Part shown: piece after piece, positions 55,640 through 64,000 of the stretch
Layout of the letters: every line of letters begins with the position of its first letter
How positions within the stretch are numbered: the stretch's first letter is position 1
Assembly (NCBI GenBank): GCA_009103225.1
Contig: RHPI01002076.1
Location: forward strand, 124,001 to 188,000
Origin: Chlorokybus atmophyticus
Taxonomy: Eukaryota; Plantae; Mesostigma and Chlorokybus algae
Direction of reading: 5' to 3'
DNA: 64,000 nucleotides
The notes under the pieces: generated by a model
Told to the model about the DNA's origin: nothing
Seen by the model: the letters and a program-made list of their open reading frames with translations, nothing else
The model's database searches: none
Made by a program: the position numbers and the translations under genes

Positions 55640-57522
55640 TTAATCAATATGCTGCTGGTGCTGCGCCTGTGGCAGATGCTGTGAATGACTCTACTGTGGG
55701 TATACATAGGGCAAAGTAACTAACCCTGATACTCTTGCTGCAGTGCGTTGCAACATCATGGAGTCCTGCTGTGAACAAGCTGGTGGATTCCGAATCATGG
55801 AGTCCTGCACGCAGCTGTGCCCGAATCCTAGCTGCTGTTCGTGTGGCAGCTGTACTCACAGCATGGGAGCAAGTGAGCGCGCATGGCACGTCTTTGCAAA
55901 TGCGCACAAGTAACAACGCTCACAAACATAGCGCGTTTGCACACTGCATGTGCGTGTACGCATCTCTTGGATGCATCTCTCTCACGCAAGTGAGCGCGTG
56001 CTTGCGCATGCCTGTGCGGGCAGGCGGGCGGGCTTACAAAAGTAGTACACGCACGTGCACATCAGCGCACCCGTGCACCCGTGCAAATGTACATACAACG
56101 CGAAGTGCAGGGTGTGCCCTTGCGCATGTTTGCGCATGTGCATGCCGATTTGTGTGCACTTACAAGAAACGCACATACCGTTTGTGCGCTTGTTACAAGG
56201 GCCCACGAGCGTGCATGTGCGCACGAGCGCGCAGGATCATAGTCGCCCAAGCGCATGCACACACATGCATGTGCGCGCATTTTGTACGCATGTCACTCGC
56301 ATATGGTTGTTTCACAAAAGAACTCCGACGGAATTCAATGCGTGCAATGCTTCGCACATACACAACATGCATGATATGCATCACACATGCATAGGCAACA
56401 GCAGCACTCAGTTCAGCAATCACCACTGGGCTACTTTAGTACCTCCATCTACCTCCACACCTGTCACTACTACCTCTACTATGTACAGGATATGCGAGGT
56501 GCTAATACAGGCATGCATTCAAAAGCAGTTGACTACAAACAGCTAGCAACACGCCCCTGAATGCTGCATACACAACCACTGGGCTTACTCTACTCGCTCC
56601 CCTACTACTACTCCTACCGCCCCCCCTGTTAGTCATGCACGCATGCATTCACGGCAGTCCTTGTTCCTTGCATTGTGCAACTGACCGCGGCTGTGGTCAG
56701 CGACCAATCCTTGCAATGAATAGTATAGTATTCAAGGATTATGGCGTGCATGAGAATGTCAGCGATAGCATCAGCAGCAGACCCAACAGACGTCCCCTCC
56801 CTCCCCCACATATCGCCACCGTGGCGATACGTGGTGACCACCCAACGTGGGTCGGTGACCGTGACGCCCCACACGCCTAATGTCATCAACTCAATTGCAG
56901 CCTTAGGATTCTGTTAGCGTACGCATGATGCATGTACGGCAGGCACAGACACTTCCTCCGTGGCTGATTGTCGTCGCTGTGTATGCGCGCGTGCCTACAT
57001 GTGCATGCATCATGATGCGTGCACGCGTGTACATCAAATGCAGGACATGCATGCGCATGCACAACGTGTAGTCCAGTCAGCACGCAGCAACACATGCAAG
57101 GTGTCATACAAATGACATTTAGTTGACCACCGGGCTACTACTAGCACGCTAATCTACTGCCTCTACCCCGTTAGACATGCAGCAGTCAATATGCAGTTGG
57201 TAATCACCTGCCCACATGGGCGTTGGTTAGTTGTTGGCGCTTTTGGTCACGCAGACAGCATGCAAATTGGCGACCAGGACTCCCCCTCCCTCTCTCCCTA
57301 GCTCCGCCGCCTTCCTCGCCCTCTGCAAGCGATGCAGCAGGGTTTGCTGGGTTGTGTCGTAGTTGCGTTGCACTGCCGACGTCAGCAATGCCTTGTCCAG
57401 TGCCCCCTCCGCACAGGTTGTGCTGTGTTCGGTTCGGGTGCTGGGCTGGTTAGGTGCTGGTTGGGGATGTGTGCACACGTGCACGCTTGAGTCCGTGCCC
57501 ATAGTATTTGCTGTACCCAAAG

Positions 57523-57572
<50 letters not shown>

Positions 57573-58310
57573 CCGGTCACCTGGAAATTACGCGTGCACG
57601 CACATGCATTGGTTGTACGTGTATAATTTATCTGGGGTAGTAAATTTACCAAACCTTCTTGTGTAAGCATGTACGTAGTCCTGAAGGAATGGACCTCAGC
57701 GCAACCTGCTTAACACGGTGCTCTTGCCTTCTAGCATCACCGTGATGCACACACGTAAGATGACCATATGTGTGTTTGCATGCGCACGTATACACGTGTA
57801 AATGCGTGCATGCGTGCGGCTGGGACGTCCCCGTGCGCACGCACACACGTTCTGCTAATTGGTATCTCAATTGTTGAGCATACGGATGCGCGCACAGTCG
57901 CATGTATGCAAACACCTGTCAGTTCGCAGCACACTCAGTTTGGATTTGTAAAGACTACAGCGCTGTCAGCATGCTATGCTTCAGTAAAGCATGCGACAGT
58001 CAGTGCTGTCCGCATATTGCAGCATTCTTGCTGGCAACAAGCACTGCGTACACTATGTAGTGCTTAGTGCAGAGACAAATAACAGAAACAATATCTAGCT
58101 GGCATGATAAGTAGTACCGCAGTTGCATGTGCAGCACCTGTGAGCGTGTCTGAACCTATATATGGTTGGCTAGTCGATGAACTCGCTGCATAGACACATT
58201 TGCTGTTGTCGTCTTATTGCAACGTGCACCTGATGAGAAATCTTTATGCTGTCGTCGTAGCTGATATCCATCACGCAAGACATCTTGTTTGCACCCTATT
58301 AGTTGAAATA
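55640..58310. repeat. Block X', diverged direct duplicate of 46990-48830 with insertions
   Basis: See block X. Confidence 0.7.
57525..57569. repeat. (CA)n microsatellite, ~22 units
   Basis: Direct reading. Confidence 0.97.
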
Positions 58311-59156
58311 TGACGTGATGTGAACGCGCAGCTTCTCTCACCTCACCTCACCTCATGTCACCTGCGTTTCTTCAATTTCATTTTTCTTCCCTGAGCATGA
58401 CACCAATGCAGGCCTATTGCGCAAGTGGTCATGGGCAAAGGGACCACCATGGCCGCCGCCGCCAGAGTGTAGCTTGCTTGCTTGACGAAAGTAGCAAAGG
58501 CTTCCCAAGCCAGTGTCCTCAGTGCTAGGGGCGTGCTTGTGGAGCAGCATGCTGGGAGGCGACGGCGGCGGCGACCGTCCTCAGCTCTGTGGTGTGTCGG
58601 CGCAGGTGATGATCAATGAGGCCCACGGCCAGGCGAGCGTGGAAGATCATGCGCTGCTGCTCCGTGCGGGGTTTGTCCAGCTTCTCCTCCGTGAGGAGAC
58701 TCCATGTACCAGGCTGTACGCAAGGCGCAAGGCTTGCAAATGCCTGGTGCAGCGACTGTAAAGGGATAAAGCAGCTCAGAAAGGACACCAAGGTAAGGCC
58801 AGCCCCTGCAGAGACCAAGCAGGGTCTGGGATGGTGCGAGGCAACTTGTAAGGCTGGAAGCTAACTTTTCTGACTTTACCATTGCACTGGTGGCTCTTGA
58901 ACCATTGCAGCCCACCTGGACTTTACAGCGGCAAGGCACTTTGAGGCAAGGTCCATCATGCGTGCATTGCCACACAGATTATTGACGGCTGACTGTTAGC
59001 TATTGACATTAAGTGTTTCTGTCGGCTATGCCCATCACGTCACATCAACTTCAGCATGCGTACAAAGTACGCATGCTGCCTGAGGCTGTCAGAACCCGAG
59101 AGTCCAAGGCAAGGATTGTGTTAAGCGGCCAGCCGGTTTGCGCAAGAGTATCCTCC

Positions 59157-61533
59157 ATGATGGCGGTGGCAGCTGATGGTGGCGATGCATATGTGCTTGC
59201 TTTGGAGCTCCAGCTGCAGGAACTTCATGCCCAGCGTCGGCTGGAGCAGGACGCTGCCTTGGCGCTGTGCCTTCAACTGCAGCCTGAAGACGATGATCCA
59301 ACCTTTGGCTGCCAGTTAACAGCCGATGACATTGTCGGTGAGCTCCTTGAACTATGCCAGCCTTGAGAAGACATCAACTTGTGCTCAAGTACATGCAGCA
59401 CAGCATGCAACCTGTGGTTCAGTGCAAGAGCCCGGCTTGTCTGCCTCCAGCATGACGGATAGCACGGGGCGTGCTGTCTGTCATGAATGAGAAGTTCCAT
59501 TGGTCACTACCAGTGTTTTCAGGGGTAGCATCAGGCATGTGTATGCTCGCTACTGACATACCTGGGCAGCTAAAGATATCACCAGCAGCGGCTACAGTGT
59601 TGCGCCAATACCACTGCAGCTGTTGGAGTGCAACGATGCCTTGTCCTTGCTTGACGAACAAATTGAAGCCCTCAGTCAAGTGCTGCAGGCAATCAAGGAC
59701 AGCGAGGTAGCGTACTACTTAGGCAAAACTGTGGTGCATGCATATGCATGGGCTGCAGCAGCACCATGGTGAGATCGTGCATGCATCAGGTGGCAGTGGC
59801 TCTGCATGAGGTTGAGGAAAGGCAGCACACAATTGTCGCACACGATGTTGAGTTTGCCAAGTATCTAGCAGCTGTTTCCGAGCACGAGTGGAGGGTTCAT
59901 GGCGACAACTTTTCTAGACCGATACCGTCCGGAGGCGAAGAAACCGGTAACACGCCAACACAACCTTAGTTGTAGTTGTTTCAACACTTTGCTCAACTCT
60001 CAACTCGACAAGATGAGTGCATTCTCTGCGGCAGTGGTTTCAAAGAAATCACTGACTCTGTCACTGGCTCTCTGGCAGAGCCATCGCCGTTGAAGAACCA
60101 TAAGGGAGTGGTTGGCTCGTGCGCGGAAAAAGGCCTTGAGTGAAGGCTATAAAGCTGACTTGATTGACTGCATGATTTGTCTTAATCGGTGCCACAGACG
60201 GTGAGCTTTCTCGTGTTTTAAACACTGCAGACACTCGATGGACTGTTCTCAATGCCTGCCCAAGCTTGTCTGAGGTCGCAGGAGACTTGCCATCCATTGT
60301 TGCCGCTGGACATTACGGCAGTGCCCGATTGCTCAACCAGCGCCCGTGCAAGCGGCTGCGAACACAAGATCTGTTTTATGTGCGCGGCTGAGTACATCCG
60401 CATTGAGCTTGACGAACACAAGTATCCCATCAGATGCGCGCACCCGGGTTGCATGTAAGTCACTTACACAGTGTGCTTGTGCTCGCCACAGTGTGCGTGT
60501 GCGTGTAAAACAATCGGCAACAGTAGTCGCCCGGTTTGGTGTGGTCTCATGGTACCTGCGCACATATTCACCAACTGTACAGGTGGATTTTTGGTCTTGA
60601 CGATGTGAACAAGGCTATTCGACATGATGCCAAGCGGTTGGCTCTCGTCCAGCGTCTGGCGGTGGAGGCTGGCATGAAGAACAAAGTGTACTGCCCGCAC
60701 ACACAATGCGAGGCCGTGATGGACATACTCAACCCCAAAGGCAAGATTGACTGTTTCAAGTGCCACCGCCCTTTCTGCGCTACATGCCGAACCGCCTGGC
60801 ACACTGGCTACTCGTGCGAAGAGTACCAGGCGCTGCCTGACCACTTGAGGTGGCACACCATGCGCGTACACTTGTCTTTGGAACAACAGCTAGCAATGCT
60901 GAGTTATTGGGTTTTAACAGAACCGCAGAAGATTTGCAGATGCTGCGCCTGGCTCAGCAAAAACTTTGGCGTCGCTGTCCAAATTGCAAGCACATGGTGG
61001 AAAGGAACCCGGTGGGATGCAACTTCATGATGTGCCGTTGCAAATCAGCATTCTGCTATCAGGTGTCTGCCAGTGTTGCGGTGTTTATAAGTACTGGTTG
61101 GCCATGTTATGCATCCCTGCACACCCACGCACACACGCACGCATGCATGTACTTCAGTAGTACTCGCGTATCCACACATGCATGCGCACGCGGACACACC
61201 CAGCGGCATGCGTGATGAGAGTATGTCATATGCTCCGCTGAGCTGCAACCTCTAATTCTGTCACTCCAATGTCAGTGCGGTGTCGCGTACATCAATCTAG
61301 TTGCCAACGCCAACAACAGCCATGGCAAACCAGGCTGCCAATGTGGACTCTTCGAGCGCCCCGCAGGTAATCGAGGATGGAGATCATCATGATGACGTGG
61401 GGATGCTGATATGACCGACAACAGGCTCGTGAACCGCCGACAACAAGTCCGTCGTTCCAATCACACGTGCCATTGCGGCAAGCTGACCGCCGCCATGGCA
61501 TCCACCGCTGCTGGTTCGGCATGAAGATGAACG
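59157..61533 (+). pseudogene. RBR E3 ligase, copy C, inverted relative to A and B; frameshifted
   Basis: Exons 1-3 and 5-7 are open, but exon 4 has an extra A (gcggaaaaaggcc, giving TGA) and a later 1-nt deletion. The last exon has further frameshifts that disrupt the CCCH-like tail. Confidence 0.8.
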
Positions 61534-62915
61534 AGATGTCTAGCTGTGACCTGCTTGACTTTTTGTACATACAATGTTGTATTGGGTCTTGTAGGTGGTG
61601 CAATTTGCCACGAGTACGTTTGGTCACTCTGTAGCCAACGTAGTTTTGACAACGACAATCCGTTGTCTGTCATCCAAAAGTCTATTGATACAATACCGAT
61701 GGTTGGAAGGAGGGCTGTAGGGCTGTGGACATCTTCCACAACGGTTACCTGCGTCAATGTAAGCTTGCTATGCTATGCGCATGTACGCAGGAGTGATAGC
61801 GAACCCTTTGCAGCAGCATGTACATATGTATTCGTACTTACACATTACAAGTTGAAGGCGCGCACCAAATGAGGACACGACGGCGTTATGCGTGTTGTGC
61901 GCATGTCACATGTGTCGCTTGATCGTAAATGCCTAGACTGCGCCGCAGGCTGTATTGTGCAGCGTACAGCATGATGTATCATATCCAGCAGTGTGACGCT
62001 GCTGGGCATGCCCCCCAGCCTTGGCTACTGAAACGCTGTGCTGCCTAGCGTTTTGGTTCGGGTCTTTGCGCTAACCCATTTGTTCGGCAATGCATTGACA
62101 GGTCCGCCCCGATCATGCATGAAGTCTCTAAGGACTCTCGCGGCATAATGTACTTTGCAAGGCAGCTGCTTTGGTCGCTGCGGTAGTCACCCTCCCATGG
62201 TGAGGAAGGTGTCCATTGCTCACATGCAGCCACTGGCACGGGAGCTGCGCAGTTTCCAGCTGGAAGGGGCAACCTGACGGTCTGCTTCTTGATGCTCGCC
62301 CTCAGCTGACCTCTGCGCTTGACAGTGGTGCCCACAAGCATACCTCCTTATGGCTTTGGCAGCGCCCGTCTCCCCTCAACACCCGACTGCGCTGGATGCA
62401 TGCATTGACGTGTTCAACGTTGCTAGCGTGTTTGTGCATGCTGGGTTCAAGGTTGTTCCTTCAGTTCTGTGGCACGATCGATGCTACTCCATCAGTCCTC
62501 AACCGCACAACCTACATGCTTGGAGTAAACGCTGATCTGCTGCGCTGGTTGCTGACAGCCAAGCTGATGTAACGTGTCACACCAAGTTGGAGCATATGTT
62601 ACAGAAGGCTTGGCTGCAGTTCATTGGCAAATCCGCCAGTCCATAAGGTAAAGCTGACCAGGTGCATGAGTACTACCCATACTTTCATGACAAATCTAGT
62701 GCTAATTGCCAAAGCCAGCACTGCTTGTAGTATCATGCAGTGCTGGCTTTGCTTCCATGCAGCAGGTGCAGCAGCACTTCTGGCATCCTCAGCCAAGTAG
62801 CTGTCATCTTAGATTGCATGCCCAGCATGCTGCTTGCATGCAGCATAATCTGAGCAGTATCCAACACAGCCGCCGCCATGCGCGATTCTTGGTACTCTCG
62901 AGTCTCACCTGCTGC

Positions 62916-62996
62916 CGCAGAGTATGCATGACCTCTCAAGACCTCCTGTGCATCCGCAGAGTATGCATGACCTCTCAAGACCTTCTGTGCATCCGC
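62916..62996. repeat. 39-bp tandem duplication x2
   Basis: cgcagagtatgcatgacctctcaagacct(c/t)ctgtgcatc twice, one mismatch. Confidence 0.95.
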
Positions 62997-64000
62997 TCTC
63001 TCGATACCAGGTGAGTAACGTTAATGGAACGCTGTGGGCTGATGGCGAAAGATTGGTTCTACTTGTGTATGCATGGCAAGCGTAGATGCATACGCATTCA
63101 CTTTGCAGAGCATCAACATATTTGCACGCGCAAGTGAATACGCAAGCATATGCGAAGCAGCAAGGCTCGCGTACGCACATAGACACGTGATCATGTGCGC
63201 GTTAGATATGCGCATGATGCAAACACATGCTGCTCAGCACACTTTGTGCCGCTGTAGACAGATGTGCGCGAAGACGCACATGTGTCTTTGATGGCATGCG
63301 CGTGTGAGTAAGCTATGAGTTCACTGTTTGTGACATTCCAGATGCCGATGGAGCATTAACTCGTGGCGTTCTTGAACCGTTCATGCCTGCAGTGCGTTGC
63401 TTGATGTGTTTGAACCGATCTCAAGTCTATGATGTTGCATGTTGTGGCTCGCACCCGGTTTGCTGCGTACGGGCGTAGTCACTAGCGCTATGCACAGGAT
63501 CTCCGGCACTGAGACATGCATCCAAACACAACGCACACGCCGGGTAGCATGCCAAACCGTGCCTGTGCCGAGTGCAGGAATTGACAAGAAAATAACTGCC
63601 TCTCGCAGTATCTTGCCAACGGTGGCTGATGGACAGCGGCTGCGAAAAGCTTTAAAGGCTGGAGTGCAGGGATGGTGTTGCTAGCATATCTGGTAAGCTT
63701 GCAACACCCACCTGATGCACGTCCTGTTATGGCTACTTGTGGCTTTTTCATGTTCAATGTTGAGCTAACGGAACAAAACAACGTGTCTTTTCCAAGATTT
63801 CCCATGCAGCAGTGGCTGATGAGGAGATGACGTGCTGATCCGTTGGTCAAGGCGTGAGCATTGTTTAGCAATTTGGCTCAGCAATTTGCTGTCGGATGCA
63901 CTACTTAGCACTATACTGCACCGCATGATGCTGCATACATGGTGGTCATTTGTGGTTGCAGCCTAGTCTTGCAGTCATTGGTGTTCAATCTGTCGCTCAA

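Overview
Intron-rich eukaryotic nuclear DNA, most likely a streptophyte green alga (inferred from plant-type RECQ2, zincless Fpg, RBP45/47, GT-AG introns and telo-box motifs). The first ~22 kb holds housekeeping genes: a CNNM/DUF21-CBS transporter (+), Fpg glycosylase (-), RBP45/47-like RRM protein (-), RECQ2 helicase (+), an unidentified multi-exon gene (-) and MMTAG2 (+). From ~24 kb onward is an accessory region of duplicated and decaying ubiquitin-ligase components: two frameshifted F-box paralogs, two inverted BTB genes plus a relic, and three RBR (RING-IBR-RING) E3 ligases with a C-terminal CCCH-like finger (one intact, one probably intact, one pseudogene). The most striking signal lies between the inverted BTB genes (30.3-37.6 kb, - strand). 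It is a quasi-periodic (~600 bp) array of about ten 70-115 nt elements, each with a box C/D kink-turn scaffold, a shared internal hairpin and divergent guide-position segments, i.e. a candidate tandem family of orphan C/D guide RNAs. Several perfect palindromes are present, two of them absent from paralogous copies. There are two (GA)n tracts containing Ns. All coordinates and gene models were derived by hand.
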